From assembly GCA_963692945.1 (NCBI GenBank), contig OY843585.1, positions 990,001 to 1,022,000 of the forward strand: DNA of 32,000 bases. The letters are read 5' to 3'. Of the stretch, positions 24,277 to 32,000 are shown one piece after another (the first letter of the stretch is position 1; each line of letters opens with the position of its first letter). The notes beneath the pieces are model-generated. The model saw only the letters and a list, made by a program, of their open reading frames with translations. It had not been told where the DNA came from and ran no database searches. Both the position numbers and the translations under genes were made by a program. The stretch is from Bdellovibrionales bacterium (lineage in GTDB: Bacteria; Bdellovibrionota; Bdellovibrionia; Bdellovibrionales; UBA1609).

Positions 24277-26823
24277 TTACTTTTTCTTAAGGAATTTATT
24301 GTTGTACTGATCAATGATTTCTGCATCATCTGGTGCTGCTTCATTATCCGTTAGTTGGGCTGTCGGAGCAGGTTGTAGAGATAGAGGGAAAAATCCATTT
24401 TCCGGATCTTGTTTCCATGCTGATCCTGCTATGGCTTCATAGAGAATAAGTTGAGCATTTCCAGTATCTGAGTCAACCAATGCAATCCCTGATTGCCAGC
24501 TACTATAACCTCCTTCAGTATAAGCAACGGATTTATAAGTAGAGGTTCCCACATTTACAGTTCCTCCTAAGATACTTGGTTGATGAGAATCTCCTATTAC
24601 ACTTTGTTCAACCGCTTTTGCATGGGAAGGCATTCCTCCCTTAGCTCCGTTTGCTCCTTTATGTCCATGGAAGTGTAAGTACACTGGATTGTGTTGAGGA
24701 CCTACAATAAAAGGTTCACCAGTTTGTAGAACTTTTACTCGGTTTGGATCTACAATATAAAGATTACTTTTCATTTTTTTATGCTGAAGTTTAGGTTCTA
24801 AACCATCATGAAGTGTTTTTCTATGGTGGTTAAACATATATTCAAAAACATTTACATTTAAATGAGATCTAGCAAAAAGCAATTCAATAAGAAATTCTCT
24901 GTTAGGCATATCTTTTATAGCATCGGGATTGTCTAAAAGATTTTCTATCCAATAATGATGATTACTATCAACAAGTACAATATTTAAATCAGGAAATTTT
25001 TGTAAAAATCCATTCATAGTTTGTATAAGACCTTCTATCTCATCTTTTATATTCAATTCTCCTCTTTTGTATTTCTCTAATTTTGAATTTAATTTATGAG
25101 ATTCATGATGATTATGAGAACTCCCGTCAAGAGCATCATGAAGAACTAAAGTTTTAATATTGTGGGTTCTCATAATGTCTTCATGCACTTTTAAAAGAAG
25201 TTGATTGGCATTATAATCATGGAGATCTCCAGTAACCATAGTGTCTATGTTTCTTTTTATTATTTTGTCATTAGTGTATAAATGATTTAAATCTATAAAA
25301 CCAGGTATCTGATTTTGTTCAACAGAAGGGTCTTGTTTTGAATTGCCAAGATATTTTATAGGACGAACATAGAAAAACCCTGGAAGTCCCCCTTGATTTG
25401 GTCCAGATTTTTTATCAGCTAATTCAAGGATTAAGGCTCCCATAGCATGACGATTTTTTGCTAATTCACTCACTCTCAAAGAGGCTGGATTTTTAGAAGG
25501 GTAGAGGGGAGTTGTAATAGATCCAGGAGCCCATAAACCATGAGTGATATCTTTATTATCTGCTGTAGCGACAGTTTGATAGCGTTGCTGAGGACTACCT
25601 ATAATCTGAATTTGACCTCTTTTTCCCTGACTATAAGTATCTAGAGAAGCAAAAGGATTTGCATTTTTAGGCATGACAGGAAGAGCCCAGATTCTTAAAT
25701 AATCACTAAAGTTTATAGTGTGAGTCACAATACGTACTTTATCTGGCATACTCAAAAGATAAGGATCAATTCCATCTGTTTGTCCATTAACAGGAAGAAG
25801 TATAATAGGGACTTTTTTTCGTGTTGCATATTTTAACAAGCTTTCAAAAAAGTCTCTGTTTGTTGGAATTCCTGCTGTTACAGTAGAAACAATAGCTCCT
25901 TTGGCTTGCAAAACCATATCTGCTGTTTGTTGATCCGATTCTAGACTAAATTGATTGGTGTCAATGTAGTTGAGAAAAGCAGAAGGAGTTAATTTTTTTG
26001 CTAGCATTTCTACTTCCTCCATTCCATTTTCAAAAAGAACAGGAATATGTGCTTCTGATTTTTTATTAAGAGAAACCTTATTTCCTAACATAACACTCAG
26101 GTGAAGTTCTTTTTTTAAATATTTTGGTAAAATGTTGTTGTCTTCATCATGTTTTTCTACATACACCTGATAAAGTCTTTTGATGTCTGGGGTTTTGTTT
26201 TTCCATTTTATGTCATCACTTTTTATAGAAGCTATAAAAGCTTTTGCTATACTTTTTTTTAATTTTGTAATGTATGTTGGATTTTCTTCTTTGACTTGAT
26301 TCCAAAATATCATTGGAATAGAATCACCAATCAGTTCTTCTAATTTTTGTTTCGGCATTTTTAAAAATAAAGATATATCTCTAATACGAGGTATAACTAA
26401 AGTTTTACTAACCATAGTTAATATAGCTAGTTCAGCTTTTTTTAAAATATTTTGTGAAGTAAGGGTTTTATCAGCAGTCAAAAGGGCTGCTGAACGTAAA
26501 GCGGCTTGCTGTAGGTTTATTTTTGCGGTTGCATTTTCTTTTGATGCAGGAGGTGTTGTATCTTTTGCATCTTTTGCGGTTGCATTTTCTTTTGATGCAG
26601 GAGGTGTTTTATCTTTTGCATCTTTTGCATTTGCATCTTCTTTTGATGCAGGAGGTGTTTTATCTTTTGCATCTTTTGCGGTTGCATCTTCTTTTGATGT
26701 AGGAGGTGTTTTATCTTTTGCATCTTTTGCATCTTCTTTACTAAAAGTGTCTTTACATTTCTTATTTTCTGCATAGGAGGGAAAAGCCAATAATATAAGA
26801 ATTAAAACTAAAGTTTCTTTCAT
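24277..26823 (-). CDS. Secreted 848-aa protein with a 17-aa tandem-repeat linker and a C-terminal calcineurin-like metallophosphoesterase motif set
   Basis: Signal peptide MKETLVLILILLAFPSYA|ENKKCKDTF. About 4 copies of KDAKDKTPPASKEDA.A. The C-terminal third carries an ordered motif series: VTGDLHD, LHDALDG, VDSNHHYW, HFHGHKG, IGDSHQP (compare DxH, GDxxD, GNHE, GH, GHxH). The start ATG overlaps the upstream stop (ATGA). Confidence 0.8.
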   Translation of the reverse strand: MKETLVLILILLAFPSYAENKKCKDTFSKEDAKDAKDKTPPTSKEDATAKDAKDKTPPASKEDANAKDAKDKTPPASKENATAKDAKDTTPPASKENATAKINLQQAALRSAALLTADKTLTSQNILKKAELAILTMVSKTLVIPRIRDISLFLKMPKQKLEELIGDSIPMIFWNQVKEENPTYITKLKKSIAKAFIASIKSDDIKWKNKTPDIKRLYQVYVEKHDEDNNILPKYLKKELHLSVMLGNKVSLNKKSEAHIPVLFENGMEEVEMLAKKLTPSAFLNYIDTNQFSLESDQQTADMVLQAKGAIVSTVTAGIPTNRDFFESLLKYATRKKVPIILLPVNGQTDGIDPYLLSMPDKVRIVTHTINFSDYLRIWALPVMPKNANPFASLDTYSQGKRGQIQIIGSPQQRYQTVATADNKDITHGLWAPGSITTPLYPSKNPASLRVSELAKNRHAMGALILELADKKSGPNQGGLPGFFYVRPIKYLGNSKQDPSVEQNQIPGFIDLNHLYTNDKIIKRNIDTMVTGDLHDYNANQLLLKVHEDIMRTHNIKTLVLHDALDGSSHNHHESHKLNSKLEKYKRGELNIKDEIEGLIQTMNGFLQKFPDLNIVLVDSNHHYWIENLLDNPDAIKDMPNREFLIELLFARSHLNVNVFEYMFNHHRKTLHDGLEPKLQHKKMKSNLYIVDPNRVKVLQTGEPFIVGPQHNPVYLHFHGHKGANGAKGGMPSHAKAVEQSVIGDSHQPSILGGTVNVGTSTYKSVAYTEGGYSSWQSGIALVDSDTGNAQLILYEAIAGSAWKQDPENGFFPLSLQPAPTAQLTDNEAAPDDAEIIDQYNNKFLKKK
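26521..26733 (-). repeat. Coding 51-nt tandem repeat (about 4 copies)
   Basis: ttttgcggttgcat(c/t)ttcttttgatgcaggaggtgtt(t/g)tatcttttgcatc is repeated. It encodes the K/D/A/P/T-rich linker at residues 31-101. Confidence 0.9.
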
Positions 26824-28184
26824 GATGCTTTGCCTGTGAAAGTATTCTTACAATTTTTTTCATTTGTTTCATTTTCATCAGCTGGTTTAAAATTTTCAGT
26901 ATTAACTAACATTTTTCCAGTTTTATTATTATCTGTTTCTTTATTGTTAGCTTGAGAAGGGTTGTTTGATTCCTTTGTTGGTTTTGTGCTTTTAGGTGCT
27001 TCCTTATCAGCCTTTTTTTTAGCAATTTTTTTATTATTGTTTTTATATATTGAAGAGATACTCCTAGTTTGACTGGTTTGTAAATATTTTATATTGAAAC
27101 GATTGATGTTTTTTGGATGCATGTTTAATTCTTCTATTAATTCTACATCTGTTATAGGTCTAAAAAAACCATTATTAAAAACAAGAATACGATAACCATC
27201 AAAAGTTTTATCATCTTCTATATACTTATCTCGTCCAGCATGAATAAATACAAATTTTATTTTGTGCCTATATAAATTTTCTTGAGAGGATTTTTGTACT
27301 TTTTTAAAAAGTGCATCGGCGTATTCAGGATGGTCTTCAGCTACAATCATAAGATGTTTGTTCTCTCTTTCTCCTTGGATAGATTTTTGTTTTTCAACAT
27401 GAATAAAGCCTTTTCCTTTATTTCTGATAGGTTTAAGAGAAAGCTGTTTAACTTCTATATCAATAGCTCCTACTTTTTTATCAAGCAAGGTTCGTCCATA
27501 TGTACGACTATCTACTGAACTTAAAGCATGAAGTCTGAATTGGTGAGAAATTTGGGTTAAATGGTCGTTTTTTAAAAGAGTCTCAAAGAACTGATCAAAA
27601 TTAGCATGGTTTTGTGCTCTTGCTGTATGTATGGCTAAGTCTCCTTTTAACGGATTTTTCATGAGCCAAGATGCGATATCATAGGTTAAACCATAAAAGT
27701 TCTTATTAGTTTTTTGCTTTTTTTGCCTGTCAAAAGCTAATAATAAATCTTCAACGAGATAATTTTTATTTTCATGAAATCTAAATCTGTCATAAGAGGT
27801 GGATTCATTTATTGTATAATAACCAGGGATAATGGTTAGAGGGCGATCTTTAAAAAGAAAATCCTCTTTTAGTTTAACTTCTTCCAAAGTTTTAATTTTT
27901 CCCGCTAAGCCTAAAAGATGTTCCATTTGATGAAATTCTTCAATAGTGATTGGGAAGGAGGAAGGTATTTTTTCATGTATTTCTGTGTATTGAATTGCAC
28001 TGTGTAAAGATTCTATTTTTTCTAGTATGTAGTAAGGTTGCCAAGGACTGTTAATCTCAGACATAAGCGTTCCATCAAAATCAGTAACAAGAACAGTATG
28101 ACCAGCGTACCCATCTCCTTTTTTACCAGCAATAGCTAATGGAATAAGGGTTACAATAAATAAAAAAATAGTTGTTCTAAACAT
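26820..28184 (-). CDS. Secreted 454-aa protein with an N-terminal HAD-type DxDxT motif (putative phosphatase/nucleotidase) and a low-complexity C-terminal tail
   Basis: Signal peptide MFRTTIFLFIVTLIPLAIA|GKK. VLVTDFDGTLM is a textbook HAD motif I. Later motifs are only tentatively placed (IHTAR, VAEDHPEYAD). The K/N/E-rich tail ends ...NEKNCKNTFTGKAS. Confidence 0.75.
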   Translation of the reverse strand: MFRTTIFLFIVTLIPLAIAGKKGDGYAGHTVLVTDFDGTLMSEINSPWQPYYILEKIESLHSAIQYTEIHEKIPSSFPITIEEFHQMEHLLGLAGKIKTLEEVKLKEDFLFKDRPLTIIPGYYTINESTSYDRFRFHENKNYLVEDLLLAFDRQKKQKTNKNFYGLTYDIASWLMKNPLKGDLAIHTARAQNHANFDQFFETLLKNDHLTQISHQFRLHALSSVDSRTYGRTLLDKKVGAIDIEVKQLSLKPIRNKGKGFIHVEKQKSIQGERENKHLMIVAEDHPEYADALFKKVQKSSQENLYRHKIKFVFIHAGRDKYIEDDKTFDGYRILVFNNGFFRPITDVELIEELNMHPKNINRFNIKYLQTSQTRSISSIYKNNNKKIAKKKADKEAPKSTKPTKESNNPSQANNKETDNNKTGKMLVNTENFKPADENETNEKNCKNTFTGKAS

Positions 28185-28430
28185 ATATAACTATAAAGCC
28201 TTTGATATTTGGCTAAAGTTAAACTTATATTTATGTCTTCAGTAAAGAGTTTTATAGGAAATTTTAAAATATCTTAACATTTTATAGAAACATATAGTCA
28301 TTTTGATTTCATTTAAAATGACTTTTGACCTAATTTAAGAGAGCTTAGAGTGTCTAAATATTTTACGCATCAAATGAGTAAATTGTAAAATCATTATATA
28401 TAGTATAAGTTATAGTTATAGATAGTGTTT

Positions 28431-28839
28431 CTTTCTTATTTTCTGAACTTGAAGAGTGTCCTTTTATGATGTTTATGATGAAAACTCCTAAACTAATTTG
28501 CGAAAAACAGCCGTTTTTCTTTAGTTCCATTTCCAAAACTCTAGTTCAAATGAATTGTTAGGGAATCATCTTATCTCATCAAGGAGTTTGAAGAACGTCC
28601 CTTTTGTGATGAAAACTCCTAAACTAATTTGCGAAAAACAGCCGTTTTTCTTTAGTTCCATTTCCAAAACTCTAGTTCAAACATAGGTCTATTAAGTGAC
28701 TCTTATTTTAACGAGATTTGAAGAAGATTTTATAAGCGAAAAACCAGTAGTTTTTCTCTAGGAATACCTTACTTATTTTCTGAACTTGAAGAGTGTCCTT
28801 TTATGATGTTTACGATGAAAGGTCAGAAAATAAGAAAGG
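28431..28839. repeat. Repeat array related to 23779-24276 but in inverted orientation
   Basis: It contains a half hairpin element (28431-28480) and two copies of gatgaaaactcctaaactaatttgcgaaaaacagccgtttttctttagttccatttccaaaactctagttcaaa. It also has one inverted copy of the left-array unit (gcgaaaaaccagtagtttttctctag) and a full hairpin element (arms 28767-28783 and 28823-28839, one mismatch). Confidence 0.8.
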
Positions 28840-28859
28840 TAATAAGAGAGTTTTGGAAA

Positions 28860-28936
28860 TGGGGCGATCGACGGGATTTGAACCCGCGACAGCCAGAACC
28901 ACAATCTGGAGCTCTACCAGCTGAGCTACGACCGCC
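28860..28936 (-). tRNA. tRNA-His (anticodon GTG) with encoded G-1 and CCA
   Basis: The reverse complement folds as G(-1)-GCGGTCG, D arm GCTC-AGCTGGTA-GAGC, anticodon arm CCAGA-TTGTGGT-TCTGG, T arm GCGGG-TTCAAAT-CCCGT, acceptor CGATCGC, C73, CCA. Confidence 0.93.
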
Positions 28937-29101
28937 GTAATTTCATTATGTAAGTAATGTTTTTACTTTTACAACTCCATTTTTAATATCTAGCACTAGG
29001 GCTTTTATCAAAATGACTTTTAACATTGTTTCTTTTATTTTCAAATTTTCAGATAAACTCCTATTTTTTTTTAAAACTTATAAATCTCTTAAACAAAAAA
29101 C

Positions 29102-30016
29102 TCATTCTTTACTTGCATGAATTTCTTTTTTTGTATGTTTTATATAGCATTTATGACCAGACTTATAATGATAGGCACAATTTTTTGAGCAAGTTTTATA
29201 ATAAGCTTGTTTTTTTAAACAAATAGAACAAACTATAGCTTTTTTATAACAATGGTTGCAATCAATAGAAAGATTTCCTGGTTGACCACAATGAGGGCAT
29301 AGGGAATATTTTTTAGAAGGATGTAGATTTTGATCTAAAGCAACTCTGTGATCAAAAACAAAGCACTCTCCTTGAAAATGGGAATTAGGATAATGTTCTA
29401 AGTAACTCAAAATTCCTCCCTTTAATTGATAAATATTTTTAAACCCTTTATCTTCCATAATTTTGAGAGCTTTTTCACAACGAATCCCTCCTGTGCAGTA
29501 AATCAGAGTGTCCTCATTTTTATCTAACTTAAGATTCTCTATTTTTTGTGGAAATTCTTTAAAAGACTCTATTTGAAGATTCTTAGCTTGATTGAATTTT
29601 CCTATATTTACTTCATAAATATTTCTTATATCTACAATTTGAGGATTTTTATTGATTCTATTTTCCCATTCTTCAGCTGTTAGATGACGATTGGTTGATT
29701 CTTGTAATTGTGGATAAACTTTACCAATCTTGATGATTTCTGGTTTGATTTTGATGGATAAAAGTTTAAAATTCCATTTATTAGAATAAGAGTTTTTATA
29801 AATAAAATCTTGTTTAAACAAGTTGTTAAGATAATCTTTATATTCTTCTAAACTTTGTGTTTCTCCAGAGAAGGTGGCATTAATCCCTTCTTCTCCTATC
29901 AATATAAGACCTCTAATTTTTAAGACTTGTCCTTTTTCTTCTAATTTTTTTTTCAAATTTGAAAGAAGATTTTTGGTGATAGGAAAAAACTTATAAAAAG
30001 ATGTGACTTTAATCAT
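29102..30016 (-). CDS. trhO: Rhodanese-domain tRNA uridine(34) hydroxylase (UPF0176/YceA family) with a Cys-rich C-terminal extension
   Basis: MIKVTSFYKFFPI, GLILIGEEGINATFSG, the rhodanese active-site loop YCTGGIRCEKA, and GGILSYLE. The track start at 30052 is a TTG. ATG 30016 fits the family N-terminus. Confidence 0.82.
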   Translation of the reverse strand: MIKVTSFYKFFPITKNLLSNLKKKLEEKGQVLKIRGLILIGEEGINATFSGETQSLEEYKDYLNNLFKQDFIYKNSYSNKWNFKLLSIKIKPEIIKIGKVYPQLQESTNRHLTAEEWENRINKNPQIVDIRNIYEVNIGKFNQAKNLQIESFKEFPQKIENLKLDKNEDTLIYCTGGIRCEKALKIMEDKGFKNIYQLKGGILSYLEHYPNSHFQGECFVFDHRVALDQNLHPSKKYSLCPHCGQPGNLSIDCNHCYKKAIVCSICLKKQAYYKTCSKNCAYHYKSGHKCYIKHTKKEIHASKE

Positions 30017-30068
30017 AATAACTTTTATATATAAAAACCCTAAGACTTTCAAGTTTTAGAATAAGTTT

Positions 30069-30956
30069 ATGAAAATCTTAGAAATTAAAAATTTAGTTAA
30101 AGATTATGGTTCTCTCAGAGCTGTGAATCAAGCTTCTTTTGATATTGAAGAGGGTGAGGTTTTTGGTCTATTAGGTCCTAATGGAGCTGGAAAAACAACT
30201 CTCATTTCTACCATAATGACTTTGGAAGAAATCACAAGTGGTCAAATTCTTGTTGCTGGACATGATGTGCAAAAAGAACCTAGGGTTGCTAAATCTTTAA
30301 CCGGTTTTATGCCTCAAGAGCTCATCATTCATGGTTATTTTACGGTGAGAGAAGTGGTTCAATTTTATTCTGGTTTTTGTGGGGTGAAACCTTCTTTTGA
30401 AAGAATAGATTACCTACTTAAAAAACTTTCTTTATGGGATCAAAGAAATCATAAAGTGAGAACTTTAAGTGGAGGTATGAAGAGACGGCTTCTAATGGTT
30501 AAAGCCTTAGTTCACTCTCCTAAATTACTTTTATTAGATGAACCAACAGCAGGAGTAGATATCAATTTGAGAAACATGATTTGGGATTATGTGAAAGAGT
30601 TAAAAAAAGAAGGGCTTTCTATTTTATTCACTACTCACTATCTAGAAGAGGCTGAACAACTTTGTGATAGAGTGGCTTTTATCTATGAAGGAAAAATAAG
30701 ACAAATGGGGAAAACAAAAGATCTTATTTCTGATCTTACAGCCCGAAAAGTTTTTATTCATCTTAAAAAACCCTTATCTACCAGTCCTAAATACCATATT
30801 GGTAAAGAAAAAGAGTATGATGTGTTTTTACTACCTTATTCGTTAAAAATAGGGGAGTTTATTCAAAGTCTATCCTTAAATATTACAGATATTTTGAATG
30901 TGAAAATTAGAGAAGGAAATTTAGAAGATGTCTTTAATAAGGTTTTGGAAGAGTAA
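30069..30956 (+). CDS. ABC transporter ATP-binding protein (ABC-2 exporter type)
   Basis: Walker A GPNGAGKTT, signature LSGGMKRRL, Walker B LLLLDEPTAGVD, H-loop TTHYLEEA. Confidence 0.9.
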   Translation: MKILEIKNLVKDYGSLRAVNQASFDIEEGEVFGLLGPNGAGKTTLISTIMTLEEITSGQILVAGHDVQKEPRVAKSLTGFMPQELIIHGYFTVREVVQFYSGFCGVKPSFERIDYLLKKLSLWDQRNHKVRTLSGGMKRRLLMVKALVHSPKLLLLDEPTAGVDINLRNMIWDYVKELKKEGLSILFTTHYLEEAEQLCDRVAFIYEGKIRQMGKTKDLISDLTARKVFIHLKKPLSTSPKYHIGKEKEYDVFLLPYSLKIGEFIQSLSLNITDILNVKIREGNLEDVFNKVLEE

Positions 30957-31753
30957 TGGTTAAAAGAGATTTAAATTGGACGCCTTTTTTATTTTTTCTT
31001 TATAGAGATATAAAGCGATTTTATAAAGTTAAGGTTCAAACTATTTTTACACCTTTAATCACTCAAAGTCTTTATCTTGTCATTTTTGGTATTAGCCTTG
31101 GTAAAGTTGTTAGAATCAGTGAGCATTTTTCTTATTTAGAATTTATTATTCCAGGATTGATTTCTTTAGCAGCAATCAATCAATCTTTTCAAAATGGTTC
31201 TAGTTCTATTTTTGTCATGAAAATAACAGGGGAAATTATAGATATTAAAAGCACGGCTTTAAGTGTTCAACAAATTATTTTTGGTGTAGCCCTATCTGGT
31301 CTTTTAAGAGGAGTTATTGTCAGCCTTTTAACTTTATTTGTGGGAGAACTTTTTCATTATTTTTATGAAGGCTCTTGGTTGATTGTTTCTAATATCTATT
31401 GGCTTATGGTTTTTATTTGTTTATCCAGTTTTTCTTTTGCTATGGTTGGTTTGTCTATAGGCATAATATCTAAAAGTTTTGATCAAATTGGAGCCATCAG
31501 TGGTTTTATTATTGTTCCTCTTATTTATCTAGGGGGAGTGTTTTTTGATCTAGATAAGCTTTCTATTTTTTGGCAAAAACTTTCTATGTTCAATCCACTC
31601 TTTTATTTTGTGAATGGAATCAGATATAGTTTTCTAGGAATATCTGATGTGCCTGTTATTCAATCTTTCGTTTTTTCTTTATTAAGTCTTGGATTAACTT
31701 ACTTTGTTGCATATATCAGTGTTTCAAAGGGTTCCTTTCAGCGGTCCATTTAA
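30956..31753 (+). CDS. ABC-2 type transporter permease
   Basis: The start overlaps the ATPase stop (TAATG). 265 aa with about 6 hydrophobic helices, the usual partner architecture. Confidence 0.82.
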   Translation: MVKRDLNWTPFLFFLYRDIKRFYKVKVQTIFTPLITQSLYLVIFGISLGKVVRISEHFSYLEFIIPGLISLAAINQSFQNGSSSIFVMKITGEIIDIKSTALSVQQIIFGVALSGLLRGVIVSLLTLFVGELFHYFYEGSWLIVSNIYWLMVFICLSSFSFAMVGLSIGIISKSFDQIGAISGFIIVPLIYLGGVFFDLDKLSIFWQKLSMFNPLFYFVNGIRYSFLGISDVPVIQSFVFSLLSLGLTYFVAYISVSKGSFQRSI

Positions 31754-31823
31754 TTTTTAAAAAAGTAAAAAAAATCTTGAAAAGCAAACAATAAGCATAT
31801 ACATAGTCTTAGGAGAGATTTTT

Positions 31824-32000
31824 ATGGTAGTAATAAGGTTATCTAGAGTGGGTTCAACTCATAACCCAAAATATAGAGTGACAGTAGCAGATTCTAGAAA
31901 ATCAGCTAAAGGTCGTTTTATTGATCAAATAGGTTATTATGACCCTTTGCAAGATAAAAAAATTACTATCAATAAAGACAAATATGAAAGTTGGTTGCAA
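31824..32000 (+). CDS. rpsP: 30S ribosomal protein S16, 5' part (runs off the window)
   Basis: AGGAGAG RBS, then MVVIRLSRVGSTHNPKYRVTVADSRKSAKGRFIDQIGYYDP, the canonical S16 N-terminus. Confidence 0.92.
   Translation, partial: MVVIRLSRVGSTHNPKYRVTVADSRKSAKGRFIDQIGYYDPLQDKKITINKDKYESWLQ

Noticed and set aside
26517-26774. 85-aa ORF (KMQKIKHLLHQKKMQ repeated).
   Set aside because: It is an alternative frame of the 51-nt coding repeat of the 848-aa gene.
23862-28839. Possible CRISPR arrays at 23.8-24.3 kb and 28.4-28.8 kb.
   Set aside because: The units are contiguous degenerate repeats of 68-116 nt without unique spacers of regular length. There are no cas genes, and the two arrays are inverted copies of each other.
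14174-29226. Assorted short track ORFs: 14174..14443 +, 16400..16588 +, 18811..18993 +, 20560..20775 -, 20574..20762 +, 27282..27518 +, 29026..29226 +.
   Set aside because: Each lies antisense to, or overlaps, a well-supported gene (doxX, DarT-macro, deoC, deoA 3' end, the 454-aa gene, trhO 3' end). Each has an AT-rich low-complexity product.

Overview
AT-rich (about 30% GC by eye) bacterial chromosomal segment from a Gram-negative-type organism. Left to right:
- 3' end of ldcA, then mpl (peptidoglycan recycling, + strand).
- A 5.8-kb head-to-tail array of six paralogous signal-peptide ankyrin-repeat (ANK) genes on the - strand. Three are intact ATG-started ORFs. Three are full-length open frames with ATA where the ATG should be, so they are absent from the ORF track. 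One gene is rearranged and leaves a 3' remnant.
- A beta-rich secreted protein gene overlapping the start of a 1667-aa lipoprotein gene.
- doxX.
- A four-unit 212-214 bp tandem repeat. Three units carry a truncated tRNA-Gly and the last carries the intact tRNA-Gly(GCC).
- A single-polypeptide DarT-macrodomain (DarT/DarG-like) gene.
- A C12 homopolymer in a divergent promoter region.
- A deo-type nucleoside catabolism cluster (deoC, purine nucleoside phosphorylase, thymidine phosphorylase, divergent PGM/PMM-family mutase) in which every enzyme carries an N-terminal export leader.
- A translationally coupled pair of secreted phosphoesterase-like proteins bracketed by inverted arrays of hairpin-containing repeats.
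- tRNA-His, trhO, an ABC-2 exporter pair and the 5' end of rpsP.

The most unusual signal is a short Cys-x-x-x-Phe tag, roughly C-[KRSL]-x-[TSIV]-F. It sits just after the signal peptide, or at the extreme C-terminus, of every protein encoded between 17.1 and 28.2 kb, and it also ends the ankyrin proteins. I do not recognise it as a described sorting signal.

No rRNA, CRISPR array, cas gene, integrase or transposase was seen. The supplied ORF track starts each ORF at the first ATG/TTG/GTG, so several track starts are over-extended.
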